From assembly GCA_963718915.1 (NCBI GenBank), contig CAVRAI010000001.1, positions 240,001 through 272,000 of the forward strand: a stretch of 32,000 nt of DNA, given 5' to 3'. The notes beneath the pieces were generated by a model. It searched no databases. It saw nothing but the letters and a program-made list of their open reading frames with translations, and was not told the origin of the DNA. Made by a program: the position numbers and the translations under genes. The stretch's first letter is position 1; every line of letters starts with the position of its first letter. Of this stretch, positions 1 to 9,474 are shown piece after piece. This DNA comes from an uncultured Chloroflexia bacterium. Lineage in GTDB: Bacteria; Chloroflexota; Ktedonobacteria; Ktedonobacterales; JADMIN01.

Positions 1-1
1 C

Positions 2-166
2 CACCTGCATGATGCCGGGCTAGGAAGTATCTCAGAGATCCTGGACGGAGATCCCCCGCATCGGCCACGTGGATGCATCGCCCAAGCCTGGGGCGTAGCG
101 GAAGTCCTGCGCATGTGGCGGCTACTCGAGCGAGACATCAAAACCGCTCAGGTGACTGTCGGCTGA
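2..166 (+). CDS. C-terminal end of a glycogen debranching enzyme / amylo-alpha-1,6-glucosidase family protein (5' partial)
   Basis: Frame 2 is open from the window edge to TGA at 164-166. It translates [39 protein letters not shown], matching the typical GDE C-terminal motif (EixDGD..P.GC..QAWsvaEvLR). Confidence 0.6.
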   Translation, partial: HLHDAGLGSISEILDGDPPHRPRGCIAQAWGVAEVLRMWRLLERDIKTAQVTVG

Positions 167-241
167 CAGCCAACGCGAAGGCGCCACGCTCCGCCAGAGA
201 TGGCGCGTGTCGTATGTGTCGCATATAGCGGGCAAGCCGCA

Positions 242-571
242 CTACTGTCTGCGAAAGTCAAAGTGGACGACGTTGCGCTCTGGCGCCTCGCCCAGGAATG
301 GTTCGGCGACAAGCCATGTCTCGCAACTGTTACGCACTGCGAGTGCCTCGGCAAGCTTCAGCGCAGTCGTGCGGTCAGTCGTATGATAGGCGCTGGTCGA
401 GTCCCAGTCAGTGATACCTAACTCCTCTGCCTCAACGATGCGCCGCATATAGCAACCTGCAGGCTCGTCGGGCGGGTAGATGGTCACGCCGATGCGGATG
501 AAGTACAGTGTTGTGTCAGATTGCGGCCAGCGAAGCCAGTGAGACCAGTCTTCATCGGGCACGGTGGACAC
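242..571 (-). CDS. hypothetical protein (109 aa)
   Basis: Longest ORF in this gap. GTG start is preceded by GAGGAGG at about 7 nt. No family recognised. Confidence 0.45.
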   Translation of the reverse strand: MSTVPDEDWSHWLRWPQSDTTLYFIRIGVTIYPPDEPAGCYMRRIVEAEELGITDWDSTSAYHTTDRTTALKLAEALAVRNSCETWLVAEPFLGEAPERNVVHFDFRRQ

Positions 572-684
572 GGCAATACCTCCTCAACCTTGCTCCGGCG
601 TGTTCCGTAGCGCCAGAGCACCCCCACCGTAAGGTCTGCTTCGTCGCATGATGCGTGCCGTTATTAACGGCTGTCAGACAACAA

Positions 685-713
685 GGGGGCGAACGCTGTT
701 ATGCGTCGCCCCC
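685..713 (-). terminator. hairpin downstream of rbfA (putative intrinsic terminator)
   Basis: GGGGGCGA(a)CGC..GCGTCGCCCCC stem (about 11 bp with one bulge). On the minus strand it is followed by TTGTTGTCT. It lies about 47 nt after the rbfA stop. Confidence 0.4.
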
Positions 714-759
714 GCTTGCTACGCCATTATCACATGGTCAGCGCAAAACGCGCCGACAT

Positions 760-1152
760 TCAATCAGATTCTTCACGCTCGCTCTCGGCGCTTACGGGCA
801 CGTCAGACTCCTGCTCAACCTGCTTGAGCAGATCCAGCACCCGCGCGCCACGGGCGATAGACTCATCGAGACGGAAAGAAATCTCAGGCACATGGCGAAT
901 GGTCAGCCGTTGCGCAAGCTCGCGCCGCAGAAATCCGGTCGCGGAATCGAGACCGCGCATGGTCTCGCGCTGCTCCTCCGGGCTGCCCATCACACTCACA
1001 AAGACTTTCGCATAGCGTAGATCGTGTGACACCTCAACACCAGTGATGCTGGCAAAGCCAATACGCGGATCTTTCATGCGCGTGCGTATAAGGTCGCTCA
1101 ACTCGCGGGTGATTGCCCCGCTCAGTTGGTCTTCGCGTCTGTAGTTCCGCAT
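760..1152 (-). CDS. rbfA: ribosome-binding factor A
   Basis: 130 aa. RbfA-like sequence (RELSDLIRTRMKDPRIGFASITGVEVSHDLRYAKVFVSV). RBS AAGGAGGTG precedes the ATG. Located downstream of infB as in many bacteria. Confidence 0.95.
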   Translation of the reverse strand: MRNYRREDQLSGAITRELSDLIRTRMKDPRIGFASITGVEVSHDLRYAKVFVSVMGSPEEQRETMRGLDSATGFLRRELAQRLTIRHVPEISFRLDESIARGARVLDLLKQVEQESDVPVSAESEREESD

Positions 1153-1337
1153 GCTTCACCTCCTTCGAGCAAGTGAACGCGCCTGCGATCCCTGCCCGCC
1201 CATGGTCCATTCAGCCACAGCGCCGTTGCCGGGTTGCCGCCAGCATACGCCACTGATACCCCCGAGACAAGCCCCCCGGTACTCCGACCGACTCCGACCG
1301 GGTACCTGCATTCACTCTCCTGTACCCCCTATTTAAA

Positions 1338-1380
1338 GACTCCCCTCACCCAGACGCAAGACATCTGGACAAGGGGAGTC
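1338..1380 (-). terminator. long hairpin after infB (putative intrinsic terminator)
   Basis: GACTCCCCT / AGGGGAGTC 9-bp outer stem with an inner CCAGA/TCTGG stem. On the minus strand it is followed by TTTAAATA. It lies about 45 nt after the infB stop. Confidence 0.4.
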
Positions 1381-1423
1381 CATGGATCCCAGTGCGCCGC
1401 CAGGGCGCCATGGGCCGTTCGGG

Positions 1424-3589
1424 CTATACCCGCACCTTGCTAAATGCCTCGACGATGTCGCCAACTTCCAGCGCGTTGTAGTCTTCGAGGATGAGGCCGC
1501 ACTCGTAGCCCTGCGCCACCTCGCGCACATCATCTTTGCCGCGCCGAATCGACTGGATCTGGCCGGTAAAGACCGTCTGGCCGCCGCGCTGGACGCGCAC
1601 CTGCGACGCACGGACAATCTTGCCATCGGTAATACGGCAGCCGCCGATAATGACCTGACGCCCGACCTTGAAGAGCTGCATCACCTCCGCGTGGCCATCT
1701 ACCTGCTCGCGATAGACTGGCTCCAGCAGACCCTTGAGGGCCGCCTCGATATCCTCGACGAGCTTGTAAATGATATTGTACGAGCGAATGTCCACGCCAT
1801 TGATGCTGGCGAGCCGCTGCGCCGCCGGATCCACCTTCACGTTGAAGGCGATGATGATGGCGCTGGATGCCGACGCCAGATAGACGTCGGTCTCGCCGAC
1901 ATTGCCCACGGCATCCTGAATCAGGCGCACCTTCAGGTTTTCCTCGGCGTGCTCCTCGCCGACACGACCCAGCGCGTGCCGGATCGCCTCCGCTGACCCC
2001 TGCACATCCGACTTCACCAGCAGGTTCAGTTCCTTGATCTTGCCCTCACGCATCTGCATATAGAGCGTATCCAGGGTGATGCTGTGGCCTGCCTGGCGGT
2101 CGGCCTCGCGCCGTTTCTGGATGAGCGTGCGCGCGGCTTTCTCATCCGCCACCACCTCGAGCCGGTCGCCCGCGGCGGGCACCTCTGAGAGGCCCAGAAT
2201 ACTCACTGGCGTGCTGGGCGTCGCCTTGCGAATTCGCTCTCCCTTGTCGTCGAACATCGCGCGGACACGCCCCGAGATCGTGCCGACCACAATCGTGTCG
2301 CCCACCTTGAGCGTGCCATCCTGCACGAGCGCGTTCGCCGCGACGCCGGTATTCTGGTCGAGGCGCGCCTCGATCACGACGCCGTGCGCCGAGCCGTTTG
2401 GGTTGGCCTTCAGGTCTTGCAGGTCGGCGACCAGCAGAATCATCTCCAGCAGTTCGGTGATACCAGTCTGCTTCTTGGCCGAGACCGGCACACAGACGAC
2501 CTCACCGCCGTACTCCTCGATGACGACACCATGATCGGCAAGCTGCTGCTTGACGTGGTCAGGGTTGGCGTTTGGCCGGTCGATCTTGTTGAGCGCGACG
2601 ACCAGCGGCACCTGCGCGGCGCGGGCATGGTCAATCGCCTCGATGGTCTGGGGCATCACGCCGTCGTCCGCCGCGACGACGATCACCGCGATATCCGTCA
2701 CCTGCGCGCCACGCGCCCGCATCTGCGTGAACGCCTCGTGACCTGGTGTATCCAGGAAGGTGATCTTGCGCCCGTTGACCTCCACCTGGTACGCGCCGAT
2801 GTGCTGGGTGATGCCGCCCGCCTCACCCGCCGCCACCTGCGCGTGGCGGATGGCGTCGAGCAGGGAGGTCTTGCCATGGTCGACGTGCCCCATGACTGTC
2901 ACGACCGGCGGGCGCGTAATCCGTCCGATATCGTTGGCATGTGCGGCAGCGCCGATCAGCGCCGCCTCTGGCCGAACCGCGACGGCGGGCGCGGCAGCCG
3001 CGACGGCGGCCTCCTCCGGGGTATAGCCAATCTGTTCGGCGACCTTTGCCGCCGCGTCATAGTTGACCACTTCGTTGATGCTGGCAAAGATGCTCAGAGT
3101 AATCAGATTGCGGATGACTTCATTGACCGAGACACTCAGCAATTCCGCCAGATCCTTGACGACAATCTGCGCGGGCAGCGCGACCGGGCCACTCGGCTTG
3201 ACCGCGACGGCCGCCGCGCGTGACGGGGCTGCCGCTGGTCCGTTGCCATTGCCGCGCCCATGTGGGCCACCTCTGCCACCGCGCGCGCCATTGCCGCCGG
3301 GCCGCCCACCACCGGGACGACCGCCAGGGCCACCAGGGCGCGGGCCGCCGCCCGGACGACCGCCAGGGCCACCAGGGCGCGGGCCGCCGGGTCCGCCAGC
3401 CGGGCGCGGGGGTCCGCCGCCGGGTCGTGGCGCGCCGGGACGCACACCACCGCCACCATTGGGGCCGCCAGCCGGGCGGGCAGTGGTGCCGGAGGGGAGA
3501 TGCGAGGGGGAGGCGCCAGCGGGACGTTGCGAAGCGGGCGAAGAAGATGATGTAGACGATGTGCGAGAACGAGAAGTAGTATCTGGCAT
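1424..3589 (-). CDS. infB: translation initiation factor IF-2
   Basis: G-domain motifs [20 protein letters not shown] and NKID, followed by IF2 C-terminal domains. Start chosen at ATG 3589 (MPDTTS...) because AGGAGGG lies 4-10 nt upstream. The ORF-track start at 3691 lacks an RBS. Confidence 0.97.
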   Translation of the reverse strand: MPDTTSRSRTSSTSSSSPASQRPAGASPSHLPSGTTARPAGGPNGGGGVRPGAPRPGGGPPRPAGGPGGPRPGGPGGRPGGGPRPGGPGGRPGGGRPGGNGARGGRGGPHGRGNGNGPAAAPSRAAAVAVKPSGPVALPAQIVVKDLAELLSVSVNEVIRNLITLSIFASINEVVNYDAAAKVAEQIGYTPEEAAVAAAAPAVAVRPEAALIGAAAHANDIGRITRPPVVTVMGHVDHGKTSLLDAIRHAQVAAGEAGGITQHIGAYQVEVNGRKITFLDTPGHEAFTQMRARGAQVTDIAVIVVAADDGVMPQTIEAIDHARAAQVPLVVALNKIDRPNANPDHVKQQLADHGVVIEEYGGEVVCVPVSAKKQTGITELLEMILLVADLQDLKANPNGSAHGVVIEARLDQNTGVAANALVQDGTLKVGDTIVVGTISGRVRAMFDDKGERIRKATPSTPVSILGLSEVPAAGDRLEVVADEKAARTLIQKRREADRQAGHSITLDTLYMQMREGKIKELNLLVKSDVQGSAEAIRHALGRVGEEHAEENLKVRLIQDAVGNVGETDVYLASASSAIIIAFNVKVDPAAQRLASINGVDIRSYNIIYKLVEDIEAALKGLLEPVYREQVDGHAEVMQLFKVGRQVIIGGCRITDGKIVRASQVRVQRGGQTVFTGQIQSIRRGKDDVREVAQGYECGLILEDYNALEVGDIVEAFSKVRV
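3315..3389. repeat. perfect 36-bp direct duplication (39-bp period) inside the infB N-terminal Pro/Gly-rich region
   Basis: GGACGACCGCCAGGGCCACCAGGGCGCGGGCCGCCG occurs at 3315-3350 and again at 3354-3389. It encodes a repeated [13 protein letters not shown] unit. Confidence 0.9.
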
Positions 3590-3634
3590 AGACCCTCCTG
3601 AAAAACCGGCATCTCCGGTGAGGACTTGATTACG

Positions 3635-3688
3635 AAAAAAACAATAAAAGCAGGCTGGCCATCTCCGGTTCTTCGAAGATTGCCAGCC
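3635..3688 (-). promoter_or_regulatory. terminator-like hairpin plus U-tract inside the infB 5' leader (candidate attenuator)
   Basis: Minus strand: GGCTGGC-C-ATCT...AGAT-T-GCCAGCC (11 bp, 1 mismatch) followed by TGCTTTTATTGTTTTTTT. It lies about 45-100 nt upstream of the infB ATG. A second small hairpin, ACCGG-AGATG-CCGGT+TTTT (3601-3619), abuts the RBS. Confidence 0.4.
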
Positions 3689-3964
3689 CAACGCGGCGGA
3701 TACTTGACGACCTGGATTCAGGCGCAGCTATGATTCTCTTGATGATAAGTCATGGAGTCATGCGCAGCCCAGGCGTGGTGGCGACGAATCGCGCACGTTT
3801 AAGCTCCCATAGCAATGCTCTCGCTATCCGCGTTGGGTGATAAATAGACGACGCTTCTAAAAGCAACGGGCATCTGGGGAAACTGAACTAGCGCATCCAT
3901 AACGATGTCATTCGCTCGCCGCGCTCGCCGCGCAGCGCATAATATCACTCTCCCCAACCTGAGT

Positions 3965-3993
3965 AGCATGACACAGAATCGCGCTCATGTCAA
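3965..3993 (-). promoter_or_regulatory. candidate sigma70-type promoter for infB
   Basis: Minus strand: TTGACA (3993-3988), 17-nt spacer, CATGCT (3970-3965). Confidence 0.3.
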
Positions 3994-4073
3994 GCGTGCG
4001 ACCACCGTGCTGAACCCGTCCGAACGCCGTTGCCATCGGGGTTGACGCCCTACCAATCCATCGGTTGGCCGCG

Positions 4074-4103
4074 TTGACAGCTACGCACGGCGCATGATAT
4101 GCT
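4074..4103 (+). promoter_or_regulatory. candidate sigma70-type promoter for the rpsP operon
   Basis: TTGACA (4074-4079), 18-nt spacer, TATGCT (4098-4103). It lies about 140 nt upstream of the rpsP ATG. Confidence 0.4.
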
Positions 4104-4244
4104 AGGGGGGCTTTTGCGTGCAAGCTTGGGCCGTAACGTCTACGAAACTCTGCGTTCGACAACGCGATACGCCGCGAGCGTCTCTCGCGTGTGAACAATA
4201 GATCAACCTACCCACTGATTATCTGTGAAGGGATTGCCTGAGAC

Positions 4245-4574
4245 ATGGTCAAGATTCGCCTTATGCGCATGGGCATGAAGGGCGCGCCAACCTATCGCGT
4301 CGTCGTCGCCGATGCCCGCTCGCCGCGTGATGGCCGCATTATCGAAAATATCGGCTGGTACAATCCACGCACCGAGCCATCAACGATCAACATTGACGCC
4401 GACCGCGCGAAGCACTGGCTTGGCGTTGGCGCGCAGCCGACCGACTCCGTGGTCTCGCTGCTGATTCGTAGCGGCATCATCCCACGGCCCTCGCGCGAGG
4501 AGACCGTCGCGAAGTCCGCTGTGAAGAAAGCCGCCGCCGCGAAGTCCGCTCAGTCGGCCAAGGCCAGCAGCTAG
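4245..4574 (+). CDS. rpsP: 30S ribosomal protein S16
   Basis: [41 protein letters not shown] is the canonical S16 N-terminus. It has an Ala/Lys-rich C-terminal extension. Confidence 0.97.
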   Translation: MVKIRLMRMGMKGAPTYRVVVADARSPRDGRIIENIGWYNPRTEPSTINIDADRAKHWLGVGAQPTDSVVSLLIRSGIIPRPSREETVAKSAVKKAAAAKSAQSAKASS

Positions 4575-4610
4575 CCAGACCTAGCCAGACCTGACTGACC
4601 TGGCCAGACC
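4571..4610. repeat. 10-bp tandem repeat (CTAGCCAGAC x2 exact plus 2 degenerate units)
   Basis: ctagccagac ctagccagac ctgactgacc tggccagacc, spanning the rpsP stop and the intergenic spacer. Confidence 0.75.
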
Positions 4611-4672
4611 TGTCTCAGATGCGGTGGCTCATACGCGCCACCCCGTCTGGAGACTCCGGAGGCGATTTTACC

Positions 4673-4939
4673 ATGCAGGGGCTGATAGAATTTCTCGCGC
4701 GCAATCTCGTCGATGACCCCGACGCTGTGCAGGTGCGTGTGATCCGCGATGATCGCTATGCGACCGTGCTGGGGCTGCGTGTCAGCGGCGAAGACCTGGG
4801 CAAGGTGATTGGCCGCCAGGGACGAGTCGCGCGGGCCATGCGCACGTTGATGCGCACGGCGGCGATGCTAGAAGGCAAGCAGCATATCGGGCTGGAGATC
4901 GATGAGAACGAACCATCCGCGCAGACCCCACAGGAATAG
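4673..4939 (+). CDS. KH domain RNA-binding protein (UPF0109/YlqC-like)
   Basis: GKVIGRQGRVARAMRTLM contains the KH GxxG motif. Conserved position between rpsP and rimM. Start placed at ATG 4673 (MQGLIEF), with GGAGG upstream. Confidence 0.85.
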   Translation: MQGLIEFLARNLVDDPDAVQVRVIRDDRYATVLGLRVSGEDLGKVIGRQGRVARAMRTLMRTAAMLEGKQHIGLEIDENEPSAQTPQE

Positions 4940-5597
4940 CGACGGCGCCGCGCATGCATCCCCCGGCACGCCAGATACGCCAGATACGCCAGAGACGGCA
5001 TGGATCGCCGTCGGCGAGATCGTGGGCGTGTTTGGCATTCGTGGCGAGGTGAAAGTTCTCCCGCAGACTGATTTCCCCGACCGCTTCGCGCGGACGCCAA
5101 CGCTCTACCTGGGCGATGCGCGCGACCCCCGCGCTGTGCAAAGCGCCCGGCAACATCAGCGTATCGTGCTCCTCAAGCTCGCCGGCGTGGACGACGCGAC
5201 CGCCGCCCAAGGTCTGCGTGGCCTCACACTCTGGATTCCCGAGGACGAGCGCATGCCCCTCACCGACGACCAATTCTATCAGCACGATGTCGTTGGCCTG
5301 AAGGTCGTTCATATCAACGGCCAGCCGCTGGGCGAGATCGTCGACTTTATCGCCGGCAGTGGCAACGACCTCTTTGTCGTCCGCGCGGCGCCAGGCGGAC
5401 GCGAGGTACTGCTTCCGGCGGTGCGCGAATTCATCCGCGAGTTAGATATCCCCGGCGGCGTGCTGCGGGTTGACCCCATCCCTGGCCTCTTCGACGACCA
5501 GAGCGAAAACGCCGCCGATTCCAGCAACCCCGACGAGCTTGTGCCAGCGGATGATGCCATCGCTGCCGCTGATACCAACGACCGCCGCGACTCGTAA
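4902..5597 (+). CDS. rimM: 16S rRNA processing protein RimM
   Basis: WIAVGEIVGVFGIRGEVKVLPQTDFPDRF N-terminal barrel plus a PRC-barrel C-terminal region. 4902 is the only upstream ATG and overlaps the KH gene by 38 nt. The acidic C-terminal tail is unusual. Confidence 0.88.
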   Translation: MRTNHPRRPHRNSDGAAHASPGTPDTPDTPETAWIAVGEIVGVFGIRGEVKVLPQTDFPDRFARTPTLYLGDARDPRAVQSARQHQRIVLLKLAGVDDATAAQGLRGLTLWIPEDERMPLTDDQFYQHDVVGLKVVHINGQPLGEIVDFIAGSGNDLFVVRAAPGGREVLLPAVREFIRELDIPGGVLRVDPIPGLFDDQSENAADSSNPDELVPADDAIAAADTNDRRDS

Positions 5598-5672
5598 CAG
5601 ACTATCAGGGAACGAGCCAGCTCATTCAGCGTCACCATCCATGACGCCAGGGCGAGGTCTGGAGGCCCGATA

Positions 5673-7658
5673 GTGCTCGATACACTCGTGAAAGTGCTGC
5701 TAACCGCCGGACTCATCGCCGCGCTGGCATGGCTCGGCGGGCGACTGCTTGGCATCCGCCAGTCGTGGGGGCGCGGTCTGGTCGCCTCGGTGCTTGGCGT
5801 TGGCGCGGCAGCCATCCTCGCGTTCGCGGTCGCCTCGCAGAATCCACTGCCCTATCCGCTCTTCTTCCTGCTCATCATCCTGCTCCCGTCGCTGCTCATC
5901 TCGATGGGCCTCTCTGCCCTGCTGGAATTACTAGTGCGCCCCGGCCCGCTGATTCGAGTCGAGAGTCGTCTCGCCCAGGCGCCACATCCGATCCGCGCCA
6001 TACGGCAATGGTTCGAGCGTGAACGGCGCTACTCGCAGATCACCTGGATAGCCGCCCGGCACGGCCTCGCCACAACCCTCGAACGCCGCCGCCCGCGTTC
6101 CGATGGCGCGGCAGATACCTCCACCGCCACTGTGGCGCGCAACCTGCGTGACGCACTGGTGGAGGCTGGCGGCGTTTTCGTCAAGCTGGGGCAGATCCTC
6201 TCGACGCGCAATGATCTCTTGCCAGCGGATGTGATAGCCGAGTTGAGCGGCTTGCAGGATAACGTACCACCCGCGCCACAGGATGCCATCGAGGAGTTGA
6301 TCGTCGCTGAGCTTGGCGCGCCACCGGCCGTGATCTTCGCGTCGTTCGAGTCGGAGCCTGTGGCCGCCGCGTCCATCGCCCAGGTCTATCGCGCGCAGTT
6401 ACTCACCGGCGAACAGGTTGCCGTCAAGGTACAGCGTCCGGATATTGCCACGCTTGTCGAGCGCGATCTGGATATCCTCCAGCGGCTGGCGCGCATCGTC
6501 GAATCGAGCACCACCTGGGGGCGATCATCCCATGTGACCGAGCTGGCGGGCGGTTTCGCGACGGCCCTGCGTGAGGAGATGGATTTCCGGATCGAGGCGC
6601 GCAACATGCGTACGGTCACGACAGCGCTGGGCAAGTCGGAGACTGTGCGCATCCCGAAGGTCTACGAGCGCCTTTCGACGCGCCGGGTGCTGGTGAGCGA
6701 ATGGTTCGATGGTGTCAGCGCGCGCGACGCTGGCCCGCTGATGGAGGAGTTGGGCCTGGAGCCGGTCGCGCTCGCCCGCGATTTGCTCGACATGATGGCG
6801 CGGCAAATCATGCGCTCAGGTGTCTTCCATGCCGATCCGCACCCTGGCAACGTCTTTGTCTTGCGCAGCAAGCAACTGGGATTGCTCGACTTCGGCTCGG
6901 TTGGCCGGATCGATCTACTGGAGCAGACGGCGCTGCGTGACCTGCTCCTTGCGCTGCAACGGCGTGATGTCGTCGAACTGCGCATTGCATTGCTCGCGCT
7001 GGCGTCGCCCCAGGTGGATCTCGATGCGGAGGTTCACGATGAGCAACTGGAGCGCGAACTGGGACAACTGATGGCGCAATCGCTGCAGCCGGGCGAGCCA
7101 CTGGATGCGAGCATCTTCATCAATCTGCTCCAGCTGCTTCAGGACCATAATCTCGCGTTCCCGCCGGAGGTTGGCGCGGTCTTTCGCGCGGCGGTGACGT
7201 TGGAAGGCACGCTGCGTGTGCTCGCGCCGGGCTTCCCGCTGATGGAGGAGGCGCAGAAGCTGGCGACGCGCTGGGTGAGCGAATCGCTCGTGCCGTCCGC
7301 GCTGGCGCGCTCAGCCAATGACGAGCTGCAATCGCTGCTGCCCATCCTGAAACGGCTGCCCCGGCGGCTGGATCGCATCACCGAGGTAGCCGAACGCGGC
7401 TCACTGACACTGAAGGTGCGGCTCTTCGCCGATGCGCGCGACGAACGGGTCGTCACCACGATAGCCAGCCGGGCGATCATGGCGTTTCTCGGCGGAGTGG
7501 TCGGGCTGATGTCGGTGATGCTGCTCGGCGTTTCAGGTGGCCCGGTCTTCTATCAGGAGATCAGCCTCTTCCAGATTGTCGGCTACCTGGGCCTCTGCGC
7601 CAGCATCATCCTCATCATGCGCGTGGTCATCGCCATCCTGCGCGACCGCGCCGTGTGA
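5673..7658 (+). CDS. ABC1/UbiB-family atypical kinase with N- and C-terminal transmembrane segments
   Basis: Motifs VKLGQILSTRNDLLP, ASIAQVYRA, VAVKVQRPDI, FHADPHPGNVFV and LLDFG. GTG start with GGAGG 7 nt upstream. Confidence 0.9.
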   Translation: MLDTLVKVLLTAGLIAALAWLGGRLLGIRQSWGRGLVASVLGVGAAAILAFAVASQNPLPYPLFFLLIILLPSLLISMGLSALLELLVRPGPLIRVESRLAQAPHPIRAIRQWFERERRYSQITWIAARHGLATTLERRRPRSDGAADTSTATVARNLRDALVEAGGVFVKLGQILSTRNDLLPADVIAELSGLQDNVPPAPQDAIEELIVAELGAPPAVIFASFESEPVAAASIAQVYRAQLLTGEQVAVKVQRPDIATLVERDLDILQRLARIVESSTTWGRSSHVTELAGGFATALREEMDFRIEARNMRTVTTALGKSETVRIPKVYERLSTRRVLVSEWFDGVSARDAGPLMEELGLEPVALARDLLDMMARQIMRSGVFHADPHPGNVFVLRSKQLGLLDFGSVGRIDLLEQTALRDLLLALQRRDVVELRIALLALASPQVDLDAEVHDEQLERELGQLMAQSLQPGEPLDASIFINLLQLLQDHNLAFPPEVGAVFRAAVTLEGTLRVLAPGFPLMEEAQKLATRWVSESLVPSALARSANDELQSLLPILKRLPRRLDRITEVAERGSLTLKVRLFADARDERVVTTIASRAIMAFLGGVVGLMSVMLLGVSGGPVFYQEISLFQIVGYLGLCASIILIMRVVIAILRDRAV

Positions 7659-7779
7659 GTACGATGCCCCGGCCATGAACGGCGCGGCCAGCCAGTTGCG
7701 GCGCGCGGCGATTTGCAGTATCCTCTGTGCGAACCGTGAACCTCTTCCACAAGCAGAATAAAAAAAGGGCAGCCAGGAT

Positions 7780-8841
7780 ATGCAGAGCAGCACCGATGCG
7801 CCATCAGCCACCCTCCTGAACCGTGTGCGTAGCGCGCTGGATCGCTATGTGACGCCACTGTTGCATCGCTATGTGACGCCGCGGACGGTGCGCCCGTTTG
7901 CCGCGGTGACGGCGGTGACGATGTTCGTCGTCTATGCGCTGGGCACGCTGGTGACGACCACCGGCTCCGGCCACGGCTGCGGCGACTCCTGGCCGCTCTG
8001 TCGCGGGGAATTCGTCCCCGAATTCGCCATCTCGACGGCCATCGAGTTCACCCACCGAGTGGCGACGGCTGGCGTCACGGTGCTGGTGCTGGCGACGGCG
8101 TTCGGCGTCCTCTGGCTCTGGCGCTCGCGGCTGGAACTGCGCATCCTCGCGCCGCTGATGGTCGTCGCGCTCTTCGCCGAGGCCGGGCTGGGCGCCGCGC
8201 TAGTGCTGCTCCCCGCGTCGCCAGTGTTGCTGGCGATCCACTTTGGCGCATCACTCGTCCTCTTCAGCAGCGTGTTGCTGACCGCGCTCATCGTCCACGA
8301 GCTGGGCGGCTGGGATCGTCTGCGTGATCTGCCCGTCACCCGTGGCTTCCGCATCCTTGTCGTCGCCCTGGCGCTCTACACCTACGTCGTCGGCTATCTC
8401 GGCGCGTATATGCGGCTGCGGGGGGCGGAGATTGCTTGCCAGGGCTGGCCCGCCTGCAACGGCCAGCTATTCCCCGGCTTCAGTGGCTTCGTGGGCATCG
8501 CCTTCACCCATCGCGTCGCGGCGTTCGTCTTGCTGGCTGGCACGGTCTGGCTCTTCGTCTGGGCGCGCTCGATGCGTGCGGATCGCCCTGACCTCTATCG
8601 TGGCAGCTTCTATGCGTTGCTGGCGGTCATCGCGCAGGTCTTCGCGGGGGCCATCGTGGCGCTGACACGTGTGGCGGAATATAGCCAGATGCTCCACGCC
8701 GGGCTGGTGGCGCTACTCTTTGGCGCGCTCGTCTACGTCTGCCTGCAAACGCTGCCACGCCCCTCGGCGGCCCGCACAGCGCCAGAAGTCGAGGCGACGC
8801 CAGTAAAAGCCACACCCTCGGCGGCGGCTCAGCGGGGATAG
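7780..8841 (+). CDS. ctaA: heme A synthase (COX15/CtaA family)
   Basis: Polytopic membrane protein with duplicated halves. Each half has a Cys pair (GCGDSWPLC, CQGWPAC) and an FTHRVA histidine motif. Confidence 0.85.
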   Translation: MQSSTDAPSATLLNRVRSALDRYVTPLLHRYVTPRTVRPFAAVTAVTMFVVYALGTLVTTTGSGHGCGDSWPLCRGEFVPEFAISTAIEFTHRVATAGVTVLVLATAFGVLWLWRSRLELRILAPLMVVALFAEAGLGAALVLLPASPVLLAIHFGASLVLFSSVLLTALIVHELGGWDRLRDLPVTRGFRILVVALALYTYVVGYLGAYMRLRGAEIACQGWPACNGQLFPGFSGFVGIAFTHRVAAFVLLAGTVWLFVWARSMRADRPDLYRGSFYALLAVIAQVFAGAIVALTRVAEYSQMLHAGLVALLFGALVYVCLQTLPRPSAARTAPEVEATPVKATPSAAAQRG

Positions 8842-8892
8842 CCTCTTGCCACACGCTGCTATCGCTGCCAGACTCTCGAAAGGCGCTGAGCC

Positions 8893-9444
8893 ATGTCTCT
8901 TCCGCAATCAGCGGATCCCACAGGCGCTCCAGCGTCTACAGGCGACAGGCTGCCCACGACTCCGGTTTTTCTTGTCGGTATTGGCCTGATTCTGCTGGGC
9001 AGCGCCATAGCGTTTGCCGCGCTCTTCTTCCAGTGGGGTCACGACTGTCCAGATCCCGCCACTGGTATCGCATGCTCCAGTTTGGGGACTAGCGACACGT
9101 CGCCGCTGGTCCCTTTGCCGCTGAGCAATCCCTATGCACTCCCGCAATATCTCCCGTTTGTGCTGTTCTCTCCTGTGCTGGGAGTCATCATAGTCGCGCT
9201 CTTGTTGGCGACGCGCAGCAGGCGATGGGATCCTCTGGCGCGCACCGCGCTTGCCTTTGGGGGGATTAGCGTCTTCTGCGGGTTCATTGGTACGCTGGTA
9301 ACGGCCTATGGCCTTGGGTTCACCGATTCCGCTGTCGTTCGTGTTCGTGTGCTGGATGAGGGCGCTATAGTCTCAGTCCTGTCCTATGCCGTGGTGCTGG
9401 TAGGAGTCATCTGCGCCTTCGTTGGCACGCCGCCACGCAAGTGA
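8893..9444 (+). CDS. hypothetical membrane protein (about 4 TM)
   Basis: 183-aa ORF with hydrophobic segments. RBS-like GAAAGG upstream. No family recognised. Confidence 0.5.
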   Translation: MSLPQSADPTGAPASTGDRLPTTPVFLVGIGLILLGSAIAFAALFFQWGHDCPDPATGIACSSLGTSDTSPLVPLPLSNPYALPQYLPFVLFSPVLGVIIVALLLATRSRRWDPLARTALAFGGISVFCGFIGTLVTAYGLGFTDSAVVRVRVLDEGAIVSVLSYAVVLVGVICAFVGTPPRK

Positions 9445-9474
9445 CCTGGGGTACTACCTTATCTCGTTCGATGC

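Noticed and set aside
3290-3430. Regularly spaced GC-rich repeats that could superficially look like a mini repeat array
   Set aside because: They are in-frame coding repeats of IF2. There are no unique spacers and no cas context, so this is not a CRISPR array.
3063-3629. Several Pro/Gly/Arg-rich ORFs on both strands within the infB 5' region
   Set aside because: They are alternative-frame and antisense readings of the GC-rich repetitive IF2 N-terminal coding region.
3908-4198. 96-aa minus-strand ORF in the infB-rpsP spacer
   Set aside because: No RBS at its start and an implausible composition. It crosses the rpsP promoter candidate. Only its last 10 codons, with their own SD, are kept as a possible uORF in the infB-leader finding.
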